NCBI GenBank assembly: GCA_043228905.1
Contig: JBHGNT010000258.1
Span: forward strand, 1-44,003
Direction of reading: 5' to 3'
Source: Azolla caroliniana
Taxonomy: Eukaryota > Plantae > Polypodiophyta
DNA length: 44,003 nucleotides
The translations under genes and the position numbers were made by a program. Of the stretch, positions 26,065 through 38,949 are shown in pieces; positions within the stretch are counted from its first letter, which is position 1; each line of letters starts with the position of its first letter. The notes below the pieces were generated by a model. It was given only the letters and a program-made list of their open reading frames with translations. It ran no database searches and was not told the DNA's origin.

Positions 26065-27790
26065 CCAAAGGGTCTACAAAGACATCTAATGCCTTAAAAG
26101 TATTTTGTATGAACAAACATTTGTTGATAAACATGGATAAAACTTATGTGATGGTGTTTAACGCCACTCAAGAATGGGTGGCAAGATCAGAACCAGAATT
26201 CTTCTTGGGAGAGGAAAAGGTGGCATAGACACACTCCTACACATACCTAGGAGTAACATTTATAGGGCCTAGGTTCTACTTATGGCAGGCTGACTTTCTC
26301 ATGGATATGCAGCCCTTGGTGCTCTCAAAAGACAATGTGCACATTTGCAATTCCAAGAGCCACATACTAAATTGTGGCAATTTGATACACTAGTGACACC
26401 AACTCTTGTCTATGGAGTAGAAACATGAGGACTGAGTCTTAATAAGGCAAATAACTCGAAAGATTTAGAGAGACATTTAGTCTCAATGATTGCTCGCACG
26501 GTAAGGGGCAAAACATCAGTGTCCCACGAATCTGAGCAGAAAATGGGAGCAGCCCATATATCATCGATGCATTATTCCGATCAGTTACTTGTATCCAATG
26601 GCTTTGGGAGCTCCTTAAAGGAAGGTGCTCAAGGTTGGCAGTTATATCATCAAAACAACTTGTTGAACATACAGACATTCATTATGCCACATGGTCCGAG
26701 TCACATGGCATAAGAATAAATGCATTACCCTTATTCCAATATAGCTTGGATTGTTCCCATCTAAACATGACCAAGGTGGGAAGAACAAAGTGATTCGAAC
26801 TGATATTATTAACTAGGAAAACAAGATAACATGGATCAGCCCCAAAATATCACTTGGTATGTAGATGGCCCACTATAAGACACTTTTTACACACATTGGA
26901 GAATGGATTCATCATCAAGCCATCTTACACAGACATACATCTATCCTATGCGCTGCACAGTCTAATAGGGCAGCTGTGAATTCATCACATCAGTTAGAGA
27001 TTGAGGTAGACAGATACACACAAATACTTCTAGAAGAAAGAATTTGCCAATTGTGTCATCAGGGAATGGAATATGAAAAACACTATGTTTGCCATTCTAT
27101 AGTGTTTGTTTATGAAATAAGAGAGAGATATCATTGCCTCTTTAAACAAGGCTTTGGCCCACTATAAAAGGTAATGGAGTATGACAACCAACATTGCTTG
27201 GGACTTTTCTAACTAGAATTCGAGACACAGGGAAAAGTTGTTGAAGGACAACAATACAACCACAAGCTCATCAACAAAGAACAATCACAACTTTCTTCAA
27301 CCCCATCACTCCTATTCATGCTACAAGTCAATAAGGGCTACACAAATGGGCTCCTGACCAGGACATAACAAAGGGGTTACAATAGATTGGGCAATAGCAC
27401 TCTGTCATGCACATAGGCCCTAGCCCCATAGATCACAATCTCACCACCTTTATCATTGACAGATAAAGGCCATTATCTCTGACCCTCGCAGGTGTTTCCC
27501 TCGGTTCAAAGACCTCTCCATTCTGGATCAACCTGTGCTAAAGATCTTTCGAAGACAAAAATTACAATATATCTGACTTGAGAATCTTACAGGTACCCAT
27601 AACAAGATTCTTTAGTCTCTTTTTATCGTATTTACATTTTTACTTAACATTTATTTATTTTGATTTTTTGTTATAAAAAAGGAGACAACACTTAAGATGT
27701 AATCTCTTGTTTGGTCTTAAAGGCCATTTTGGCCTCTTAAAACACATTAACATTTCTTTCTTTCTTTCTCTCATTCACTCTCTCACTTCA
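26065..27790 (+). mobile_element. Decayed 5'-truncated non-LTR retrotransposon (family A, RTE-X/L2-like)
   Basis: Contains the RT thumb YTYLGVTF, FDTLVTPTLVYGVET, and C-terminal [37 protein letters not shown]. It ends in a 3' hairpin (27721-27735) and a TTTC/CT-rich tail. Many stops. Confidence 0.85.
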
Positions 27791-27989
27791 AAACAAGGAT
27801 ACCCCCCCTTCTTTAGTTACACCAGTCATATCAGGGTGATTGGTTTCTTTCTCTCTATCACTCTTTTGGTGATACACATTCTGGGTAATACGGCAATGCC
27901 CTGTTCTAATTACTTTCCTACCTATTTTGTTTTTATAGAGATGATATTGTTCTTATTCATACAGGTCTTTCCCTGACATTTGTATACTC

Positions 27990-28965
27990 CACATTCTTTT
28001 ACGCATGATAGTAGACTATCACTGCAAGTTTGGTGTTTGGTCAAATCAGTAGGTTGGCACCGATGTAAAAAACGAACTAGATTGTCGATACTTTGTAGGG
28101 AAAGCTCCGATCTCCTTCATAGTACGAAAGAACTATTAACACACTGTTTAGTAAGAAATATTACTAATTTCCAAGTATCAGTCACAATCGAATTCCAATT
28201 TTAATTTATCGAGTCGTCAAATCGATTATGAACCTTCCCTTCAAACATGATAAAATTCATTTTCTCACCGGATGCATGGCACTTTTACCATGAATGTAGA
28301 TGTTAGTAGACCAAACTCAATTCTATCGATATGATCTATTGGTTAGATCATGTAAAGAGTGGGCTCATTTTGCCCTCAATCTTCTACTTCCAGCAACGAC
28401 GAGACAAAGACAGTTCTAGGTATGACATATCATGATATACCTATCTCAATCCAATCGAGATTATTACTGTCTCTGGGAAATCCATAGCAAAACCCGTCGA
28501 AACTGGAAGACCGTATGCCATTGTGATTTTATTTATGACGCGACTATAATTTACATAAGCTCGGTGGTAACTTGGATGAGGTAAGGCCACACAACACGTG
28601 TGATTAAAATCTTCAATGATTTAATATTTCACATATACACATTAGGTTACATCTGCTTTATTCCATCAAAAGTAGTCATATGTGTTTTTTGACACCCAAT
28701 CTATCTAATATTGTTCTATCTGAGGCTACTCCTACCATTCAACCTCTTTGAATATACTGTTTCCACATACCACATGATGATATGGATACATGAATATATA
28801 GGACATGTTCAAGACATTTAACTTTAGCAATCTAGTGAGCATAGACATTTTCCTTTTATCTCCTGCATAGACAAGTTAACCTAAGAAGTCCTGATCCTTG
28901 TCGGATCACATAGGCCATTATGGCCTTTCAGAGACATTAACAAATAGCTCTTGCTTTCTCTCTTT
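27990..28965 (+). mobile_element. Old LINE 3' portion (putative third family)
   Basis: Ends with AGGCCA-TTA-TGGCCT...GACATTAACA plus a CT-rich tail, like the family A end. The coding remnant is barely readable and the left boundary is approximate. Confidence 0.45.
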
Positions 28966-29954
28966 TCTAAAAGTTACACAAACTATACCCTTATTTTGTT
29001 TGCACTGCTCAACTCCAGGGAGAGATTCTGTTGTCTCCCATAGTTCCAATTGGCCTCTCTTTTAATCCAGGTTAAACCCCTGAGATATTAACAATTATTA
29101 GGTCTTTATCATTGTCTCAACCCCTATCCCTATCTCTATCCCCATCCCATCCCCATCCCCATCCCTATATCTATATCTGTCTCTATCACTTTCGCAATTG
29201 ATATCTCTATCTCTATATTTATGTATCCATATCTATATCTATCTCTATGCCTTATCCGACGATTCGTGGCCAAGAACTTTCAAGTATTCATTGCAAAGAT
29301 AAAATCCATTTGCTTCATACGTAACCTATGTCCATCCCATAGACATATTCTATCTATCAAAATTACTTCTTTTTCAGAAACCTTGGATAAACAGAAAAGA
29401 ATGGTAAACAAGCCTTACCTGTGTTTTGGGCAATCTTTATCTTTGTCTGGGTAATCGTATATTGCTTTCTTCTTTGTTTGTAAGGAGCAGAGTATCTGAT
29501 TTTTGGTGTTTGTTTTGAGAGCAAAACAGAGTAATTTGGGTTCGTCTTTGTTTGTGAGAGGGAAACAGAGGATGCTGGCTTTCTGTGACTTCAAATTTAA
29601 AAGAAAAAAAAAAAGAAAAAAAAAAAAAGAACGAGCAGAAAAACAGAGTATAATGGTAGATGTCGTGGCTATTGCTGGATCACCAAGACATTGTTGTATT
29701 GTGGCTTTCAATTTATATACGCTGCCAAAATGATGGACTCCACCACTAACTTTATAACTACATACCTCCTCCTCAACACAATATTAAGCTTTTGACTTTC
29801 CAAGCTTCTGAAAACCTCTTGTTTTTTCTATCCCTTCCATTCCTCTCACCCCACCTATCGGACAACCTGACTTAACCCTCCTCACATCTCTCCACAAACC
29901 GCTCATGTTTCTATGTCTTTGACGACATTAAATCCTCGTTTACCTATCTAAATA

Positions 29955-30205
29955 CCAGTACGAAAATTTGACTTGGAAGATGGGATGCATCAGATTTGCT
30001 ACCTGATGCATTAGTACATTCCTATGTGAATGATGCTTTCTTGCAACACCAACCTTATCACTCCTTATATAGAAAACTCGTATTCACACGTTATATTACA
30101 TATGTTTCAACAAAAGTGCAACCTCATTTTAGTCTCCGAACGCGGAAATCCACACTCATCGATACATGTTAGATCCCATTCGTTACTTTGCCATCTCGCA
30201 TAACC
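29955..30205 (+). mobile_element. Diverged fragment of LINE family B
   Basis: GGAAGATGGGATGCA...TGATGCATTAGTACATTC...TTGCAACACCAA and CATCGATACATGTTAGATCCCAT align with 33130-33350. Confidence 0.7.
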
Positions 30206-31112
30206 CAAACATGATATCATGTGGTAATGGATCTTTGTGTTGCTTCCATTATAACATTGTTAGTTATTTGACGTGTAGTATATCATTAATGGGAATTTCC
30301 ATGATTAACAGCTCAAAGAGGCTTGGAAGGCCATGGAACTCCCACATATTATTAGAATTCCTATTGCTACTCATTCTTTTGAAAGAGGCATGCAAGGTTC
30401 GATTTCAATACTGATGAGGAGTTCATGTTGTTAGTATGCTTATTTAGGTAAAGCGATAATGAATTACATCCAGAATCATACACCAACTTTGAAAAGTTCA
30501 TCATTTCATACTCTCTCTCTCTCTCTGGTGAAAACATACAATTATATTAATAAAATTGTAAAAAACACAACTTGCAATAGGTGTCACAATGGAGTATGGT
30601 CACCCACTAACTACATGAGTAGTTGACAACATGCAAGACAAACACTCCGTTGAGGAAAGAATTTCCACTTGCTCCAATAAAAAAAATTGTTGCATTAGTA
30701 CTCCCTTTAAATTCTCTCTCTCTCTCTCTCTCTCAAAGAGATAAACCATGCATTATGTACAACGATGAGCCACTTGAATGTGTGGAAAGCTTTAAATATA
30801 TTGGCCTTGAAGTTCCTTCAAATCATAGATGCAATGAATGTGCTACACACTGCTTAGAGGCGGGTAAACAAGTATACTATGCATTTGAGAACACATGCAA
30901 TCTTGGAAATATTAAGTGTTAGGTCCTCGAGAAATATCTTTTTGACACTTTGGTGACACCGGTTCTTCTCTATTGGGTGGAAGTATGGGACAATAGCATC
31001 CCTAAATCTACGTGGAAAGAGTTTGAAAATGTCCAAAAACATTTTCTTACAAAGTTTCTACAAGTTAAGAAACAAATGCCATACACCCTCCTCTTGCTTG
31101 AGACATGATCAT

Positions 31113-32973
31113 TGTCACGGACACACCAAGTGCGGACTGGGACGGAGCACAGATGATGAGGCTATGAACAACGGGCTACAAACTTGGAGCTAGAAGTGAT
31201 GAGGCTAGGAACTCGAGAAGTTGTGAGCGATATGAGAGCATGAAGACAAAGAGCTAGAAGTGACAAGGTTAGAAACGAGACAAAGATAAAGATCAATGAG
31301 ACAAGAAGGGGTGAAACGAGAATACTAGATTGATGTGTCAATGACTGTCGTTGAATCCCTTGAAAGGGAACAAGGATGTTACAAGTATTTATACAATTTC
31401 CGAGATTGAATATCTCTAGAATATACTCGAGAATATACCACAATAATTCTAGAATATACTAATGAGTAGAATATTCTCGAATGTACTATACACTAGACTC
31501 TACAATATATTTAAGTTCACAATCGAATGTGGATAGTTCGCAAGAGTTTTCATATGGTTGACATAACACAATGTATTGTGTGTGTTAAAAGTTAGAGGTT
31601 CGAGTTTAGAATGTGACATTATCCCCCCTCTTACGCCGCCTTCCCAAATCAATCCTTGGCTTAAGGGGATACTATTGATGAAAATCTTAGACCACCTCCA
31701 AAGTATTTTTTAAATCCTAGACAATAAGTAACCCTTCCAGAAGATGAGGTATTGAACACCAACGGGCATGAGCGACCATGTGGAGTCCTCATCGGGAACT
31801 AGAACACGAATACCAACGGGCGTGAGTGACCATGTGTGGTCCTCACGGGGAACACGAACACCAACGGGCATTACAGACCATGTCGGTACACGCCGAGAGT
31901 TGGAACACGACCACCAACGGGTGTGAGCGACCATGTGTGGTCCTCACTGGGAACTGGAACATGAATAGCAGCATGCATGAGCCACCATGTCAGTCCTTGG
32001 CGTGATCTGGAACACGAACAATAGCTGGAGAGAGCGACCATGTGCGGTCCTCACCGAAGACTGGAACATGAATAACAACGGGCATGAGTGACCATGTGCG
32101 GTCCTCACGAACACGAACACCAACGTGCATGAGAGATCATGTCGGTCCTCGCCGAGAGTTGGAACACAAACACCAACGGGCGTGAGCGAGCATGCGGCCC
32201 TCACTGAGAACCGGAACACGAACGGACATGAGCGACCATGTGGCCCTCACCGAGAACTGGAACAGGAACGGATGTGAGCGACCATGCGTCCCTCACCGAG
32301 AAGTGAACACGAACAGGCGTGAGCGACCATGCGGCCCTCACTGAGAATTGAACACGAACAGACGTGAGCGACCATGTGTCCCTCAACGAGAACTGGAACA
32401 ACAATAGGCGAAGGAGTGCAAGTGAAGCGGTCGACTCGACTTCTTCTATTATGAGAGGGTAAATAGTTGAGGTTGACCCAAGACACAACACAAACGGTAA
32501 TGCTAGCGAGAAACCCACGCGATCCCCACCAAGAAAACGGTTGTGACCCCCACCGAAACTAGAAGATGAGTGATCGAAATCGGTCCTCACCAACAAAAAG
32601 TGGCGCGAGACTTGAACTATAACAAATGTGCAATGCAAGCGAGCAATATAAAATGAAAGGAACCAACAACAGTCATTGACACATCAATCTAGTATTCTCG
32701 TTTCACCCCATCTTGTCTCGCTGATCTTTATCTTTGTCTTGTTTCTAGCTTTGTCACTTCTAGCTCTATGTCTTCATGCTCTCATATTGCTCACAACTTT
32801 TAGAGTTCCTCGCCTCGTCACTTCTAGCTCCAAGTTCATAGCCTCATCATTTGTGCTCCGTCCCAATTCACGCTTGGTGTGTCTGTGACAGTTCACAAGA
32901 GTTTTCATATGGTCAACACAACACAATGTATTATGTGTGTTAAAAGTCATTGGTTCAAGTCTAGAATGTGACA
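31113..32973 (-). mobile_element. Non-autonomous, rearranged LTR retrotransposon derivative
   Basis: A complete 506-bp LTR (31113-31618, TGTCAC...GTGACA) sits next to a polypurine tract on the - strand (AAGAGGGGGGATAA, 31619-31632). 32891-32973 is a direct copy of 31536-31618, and 32664-32890 is an inverted copy of 31113-31353. Degenerate 5-bp TSD ATCAT/ATCGC. No gag/pol coding recognised. Confidence 0.85.
31752..32400. repeat. Degenerate tandem array, ~13 units of 45-54 bp, inside the LTR element
   Basis: The core GAACACGAAC..CGGGCGTGAGCGACCATGTGTGGTCCTCAC recurs, with ACCATG-like anchors at ~31776, 31829, 31877, 31930, 31984, 32037, 32091, 32136, 32189, 32235, 32281, 32326, 32371. Confidence 0.92.
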
Positions 32974-33686
32974 ATCGCTTCCCATTGAGATCATGGCCAT
33001 GGAAAGGGTTGTTGAATACATGCTTAAGATTCAAAAAAGTTCGTCACATTGACTTCCTAAAATTGCATGGGAAGCAAGCAAAAATATCCAAAAGACGCAT
33101 AAATACGTTGTGTTTAGGTTTGATGCAAGATATAGAAAAATGGTTTGGTAGATGGGATGCACGACACTTGCTTCATGATGCATTACTAGATTCATTTGTA
33201 AAACAGGCCTTTTTGCAACGCCAATGTATCATGACATGGGAAAAATGTGGAGTCTCATGCTTCACACATGTTGCACCTAACTACAAAACCATATTCTTCG
33301 TGGAATGAGGAAACCATACACATCGATACATGTTAGAGCCCATCCCGTTATCTGTCATTTGAACCATTGCTTCCATGCAACTTAGTTCACATGCATTGCG
33401 ATGTGAGACGGGGCGTTGGGGCAAAAGTGATGAGAGTGGCCGACTATGCACATTTTTTCCTAAACAAGTTCGAGAGTGTGAGTATCACACTTTGATACAA
33501 TACTTAGCCTTTAATCATATTCGACCATGCTTTCCACATCTCTTCAACTGAGCCCAATCCTTGCACGAATTTCTCTCACAACCACAATGTGCACTCTTGA
33601 TTGCAACATTTATTGGTAAAGTTCATGAACATCGAGAGTCGCTACTCACTTTCACACGTATCATGTGAAATGTAATATTTTTTGTC

Positions 33687-33689
<3 letters not shown>

Positions 33690-33757
<68 letters not shown>

Positions 33758-33758
33758 G
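33690..33758. repeat. Compound microsatellite (CT)n(CA)n(CG)n
   Basis: Directly visible at the 3' end of LINE family B. Confidence 0.95.
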
Positions 33759-33789
33759 TTCGCAAACATATGGCTATATTAAAACAATA

Positions 33790-34415
33790 TGACGATATAG
33801 AAACCCCCCATAGGAAGTATCTTATAGCAAGGTTTCTATGAGGTGTTCGAATACAAAAGTGACATAAAGGCAACTCCTTCTGGGAACAAGATACTCAAAA
33901 GGTTTAGTTGCAAAAATGGTCAAATCAAATTTCCTTTTAACCCATGGACCTATTATTGCACCCCATGGAGACCATCAAACAAGAATCCACTTCTCAAACT
34001 CCCGCAATACCTAAGACAATAAAAAACAACCTTATATTATGGCAAGGGTAAACCTCTAGATTTCTAAATAGACCAAATTGAAGAGTGACAAAACATCCCT
34101 TGTAAATTATGCCCAAATTTGGGACACAACAACCCAAAATTCCTTAGCAATTGAGCATACAACAAATATTCTTGGCATCCTCCTTGATCACTATATAGAA
34201 AAAAATCATTCCCCATTGAAAATGTACCAATGTTTTAACACCATCCCCAAAGGAACCCACCCACCATTGCCCACCAAAGAAACACTTTTGCATGCAATAG
34301 AAGACAAGAATTCCACCTTATATCGAAAACCTAATGCTACCATTGTATAACACAAGTAATATACCATGTATTTGAAACATTCATCACTAGCCAAGCTCTA
34401 TCTTGAATCAACTTA

Positions 34416-34455
<40 letters not shown>

Positions 34456-35900
34456 TAGGTGTGCATTGCTAGCCTTGATTTCTTACCATCGAATAATCAA
34501 TCTTTCCACAATTCATCTACCACCAATTCCACAAGAATATGCTTAAATTTACAACCACTCGTTGCCAAATACACTCTTATCCAAAAGGTATACAAAAAAT
34601 GATGCACATTGTCCTCCTAGCTATGATGTGCCACTATAACAAAATTTAGACAAGCAATCACTTTATCTATGGCGCTTGTCTTGGTGATTTACAACATAGC
34701 ATCAATGTCATAGAATGGAGAAAACCCGTGTTCTATCCTTGATGTGAGCTAGGGCTTGTCCCATAAATTGCAATAAGTCTCCCATAGATGTTAAAAAAAG
34801 TTCAAAAATCTTAGAGATCAAACCTCAACTATGTCTCCACCTCTTTGACCCCAAACGAAACAAGTGATGAAATTGAGAGCACAATCTCTCCTTTCGAGAC
34901 CAACATAATAATGGAGACGATAATAGTAGTTCATTTTGCAATGAATTACAATGCTCTCTAATGGATGATGGTGTCCACGCAAATAAAGAGAGCACTTTGT
35001 GCCATGAGGCAATGAAGTGTTAAACACGTGAAGAACAAAGATTTTAAATGAAATACCTCCATCGCGTGATTGCCACCATGATGCCTTAATCACTTCCCTC
35101 CCAGATGTTATGCCTTCATTCTCAATGAAATATTAACCAATAGATATCTACAATTGTGAACGCTAACTATTGTCGTGCCAACACATGTCTCACAATAATG
35201 AAACTTATGAGCCATCAAATGTTTAGATAAGTATAATATTGCAGCCCCCCCACACGCTTAGGGGTTGTTAAACATTTCCATACAAGCTATATGATCCCCA
35301 TCTTGTCCCTCTTTCTCAACTACAAATATCAAAGAGGTTGTAAAAGGAAATGCAAAGCCTTATCGCTCCACCATAATAACGACAAAAAAAAAAATCATAG
35401 GTTCCATAATACATTGTACAACCTCAAGGTGTACATGAAATAGCCAAGGATCGTGACTTCCAACACACAAACTTATCCTTTGATTTGGTGGTCATGCATT
35501 CAATTGGTTGGACATCGGTAACACTCGCTCCCAATGGATGCCCCAAAATTTAAAAGACAAATGGTTTTCTAAGCATGGATCCTTGTCATCCCAAAAATTC
35601 CAAATCTGTATATGTACAAGAGATGAGGCAAGACTTCACCAAGTATATGCAATCCGATTACCAGGGATTAAAGGTCTCATACATGCATCACCTTGTCAAA
35701 GCATGCATTACCACTTGTTCCATTAAGACTGTGTACATTGTAGACTCACAATATCATAACTAGTCGCAAGCCTCCATAACATCACCAACAATTTCGCTCT
35801 CTCTAACCTTCTGAAAAAGTCAGCCTTTAATCTCATTTGTTAGCACTATTTTCAATGGAGAGTGTTTTGTTAAGCCGATACCTTTTAAGAGCAACCCAAT
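33790..35900 (-). mobile_element. Highly decayed L1-clade LINE remnant
   Basis: The - strand gives, in L1 ORF2 order, LGHPLG (YLGxPL thumb), KFVCWKSRSL, LVWKCLTTPKRVG-AAIL (cf. W..VC.PK..GGLGI), LFDGLPWG and LCHFC (zf-RVT-like). Many stops and frameshifts. Confidence 0.55.
34419..34453. repeat. (AT)n microsatellite
   Basis: About 17 AT units. Confidence 0.95.
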
Positions 35901-38900
35901 AGTGTACAAAATGTGATAACTTTTTATATTGAACTTGATATTCAAACCCCGTTGTAAAGTCATACTTTTCAAGAGAAAATCAATAGTATACAAAATGCGA
36001 AGATTTTTTCATAATGATTGTTATGAGAGTTGAACTCCCAATATTAAAATTTGAAACTGTAAATAAATCTTAGATTGTGAATCAATGAGCAATCATTTGC
36101 TAGATGGTGTTGGGGGCCAATGCTTTTGCATGCACATTGTATATTAATCTAGTTAATTTTTATAGCACGAATAAATGTGACAGGTAGCATTTCAAACCAA
36201 GCCATATAAAAGTAATGTTTATGCTTGTATAGTGTACACAAAAGAACAACTAATTGTGCCACTTGGCATTTTTGAACCAATGTATATAGCTAGCCAAATT
36301 TTTTTACACAATGAAATATTTGTATTTTGTAAAAATAAAAGAATCAAAGTATAATGGAAGTTTTAGGTCAAATTGGCAATTTTTTATGTTTTTTGTACTT
36401 TGTATCATCGACTTTTCGCAATTTCTTTGAGTGCTCCTCTCAAGCTTGTGTGTCTTGCTTGATTGGGTAAGGGATGACCTTTAAAAATACAACCATCTCA
36501 ACGATACTTGATTCTCTCTCGTTGTGTATGTCTTCTCGTTTGAATTACTCACATTACCATGAAGGTATTTATTAGTCACCAAACCTATTGGAACTAATGA
36601 AATAGAAGGAAATGCTATCAAGGTGTGTCAAAATATTCGTATGCATGACCTCAAAGAGTCATTATTGGAGCTAATTGTTAGTGTGTAGCCTTAATTACGA
36701 AGAGTTATTCGTAATGGGTATCCATTGTACTAAACTTACCTATAACCTTATTGTTCCACTACCCCATTTACTATACTTTTTAAACATAATATAAGGAAAA
36801 GCTTTTGAATCTATCACAAAATTTTGTTACAACTTCTAAAGTCTCTCGTGTACATATAGTGTGTAAGATAATGCTCATACAATGTGCTTTTAACATGCAA
36901 TGCGGCATGCAATAAATTACATTATTAAATAGACAACACAACATACAATATGAAACATACCAAATCTAAGTATTAAATGCATAATAACACCCACACACAT
37001 TTTAGAAACATGCATACAAATTGCACATTATGCTGATTATTATAAGCAAATGCACAAATTATATTAGCCTATAGTTACCCATACAGATTGATTTATGTAT
37101 GTTGATTCATTTATTACCCTTGTGGATAAATTTATTGTGGGCTCCAAAATTGAGGCTTGCAACTTTCGAGACTAAAGCTCCAAATGTTTGCATTGAATGT
37201 TACCAATTAGCTTTGGCACTTGAAGTATCATTGAGTTTTACTACCAGACCAGAACCTTTAGTGGTTCTAACTTCTAAACTACGGTAAGTGGGTATAAATA
37301 TTTCTATAGATTTTAGGGCACGTAAAATATACAGGGAAATAGTTGTCAAAACAAGAGACATGAAGAAAGAGGGTTAGCACAAACAATAGCGGTATACCAT
37401 TGCTTTGGTTGGCTTTTAGTACAATGTGGCGCTTCTTAAAATACTATGTAATGATAAAAAACATTGTCAAACATTTAATTCTGGGTGTTTTTCATGACTA
37501 CCAAAGACTTTGTGCAACTCATCCATTTTGACGCCATGGTTTTAAATAATGCCATGCCAATTATATTTGGCCATGACATTAGGAGTTATGTTCATTTATA
37601 GCCAAAAAATGCAAAATGCTATCCTTTCTTTGAAGGCACCCCTAAGGACAACTGATGTGAGAGACCCTAGGGATCTCGAGTTCACATCAACTAATTTTGT
37701 TTTAGACAATCTTGATCACCTATTTGTATAGATCTTGGCTGAGCATGTGCTTCAACACGCCAAATGACATGCTTTTTTTACGCATATAAGTTTCCGCGAG
37801 ATCTACACTTTTGTAGAGAGCCATATGAAATTCGACCAACTTAGGTAGGACGAAATTCGAAGATGTTTGGAATGTCGGTGTGTCGATATTTGGAATCAAA
37901 ACAAAATAATGCTATCCTCTGGTTTCCGTGGGCCCATGCACATGGAAGGGTAAACTTGGCTTATCACACTACCCAAAGGATCAAAAATATGAGGGAGAGA
38001 GTTGTTGGGAAAGAGAGACAACATTATTATACAAACATATCACTAAACTATAAAAAGGGTTAAAAAGTAACGGGGGGGCTCTTTATACCCTTCGCCTTTT
38101 TCGTGTTCTTATTTAATTATGTTGTCTCTCTTTGTTCTTTCACTTCTTTTTTGGTGGTCCTTTTAGCGCTTTTACTGTGAAGATGACGACAAGAAAGGAC
38201 CAACAAGACACTTGCTCTGTCTGTGTACACGTCGATCGAGCGAAGAGGCATGTAGTGGGGACGTAAGCAGTGGTTGCTTGTGAGTGGGGGGGGGGGGGGA
38301 GCAGCGAGAGATGATGCCAAATGCAAGAGTGAGCACCAGCTGATGTGCCAAGGCGAGCCGTGTTCTCTCCTCTTAGAGTATGGCGACCGTAAGCCCCCTG
38401 ACCGAGAGATGTGAAAGCATCTCGTGAACTATGAAGTTGTGTTTATAGGCACAGGAGGCGAAGCGGGGGGCCCTGTGCATTCCCGGAGACGAGCGGACAA
38501 AACATATCGCGGACATAGACGAGGACAAGACGCACATATGAGACACGAGAGGAGCGAGTGACATGAGAGAGCCACAAGGGGGAGATCACACACACACACA
38601 CACACACATATGGGTGGGGGATAGTTGTGACCACCATAATTAAAGGCACAGCTAAATATAGTGACAAACTATCTTCTTCACACAACATAACTACATGTAT
38701 GTTTTTTCTTTCACTAAAAAAGCTTTTGCCTCTCCATCTCCATCTCCATTTCCTTCTTCTTCTTCTTCTTCTTCTTTCTTATTCCTCTGTTTTTTCCCCT
38801 GCCTTTTCTTCTGTCTTTGGCTTTGTCTCTGTCGCCTTTCTTCTTCTTTCCTTCTTTCCTACTCCATCTTCTTCTTCTTCTTCTTCTCGAGCTTCCTCTG

Positions 38901-38949
38901 CAGACATCTCTATCCCCCCACCATACCATAGCCACACCATAGCCACACC

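Larger units (their letters stand above)
30735..33690 (+). mobile_element. 5'-truncated LINE family B (RTE-X/L2-like), interrupted by an LTR element at 31113-32973
   Basis: The reading FKYIGLEV...LFDTLVTPVLLYWVEVW...PYTLLLLET resumes after the insertion as LPIEIMAMERVVEYMLK...SHALRCETGRWG...RLCT...ECEYHTLIQ. Flanked by (CT)n on both sides. Confidence 0.85.

Noticed and set aside
31752-32400. CRISPR-like repeat array
   Set aside because: The units are degenerate along their whole length with no unique spacers, there are no cas genes, the context is eukaryotic, and the array lies inside an LTR element.
31113-32890. DNA transposon (MULE-like) or DIRS element with long TIRs
   Set aside because: A complete TG...CA LTR, an adjacent PPT, a direct LTR-end copy and a 5-bp TSD outside 32973 fit an LTR element better. 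No transposase or tyrosine recombinase was seen.
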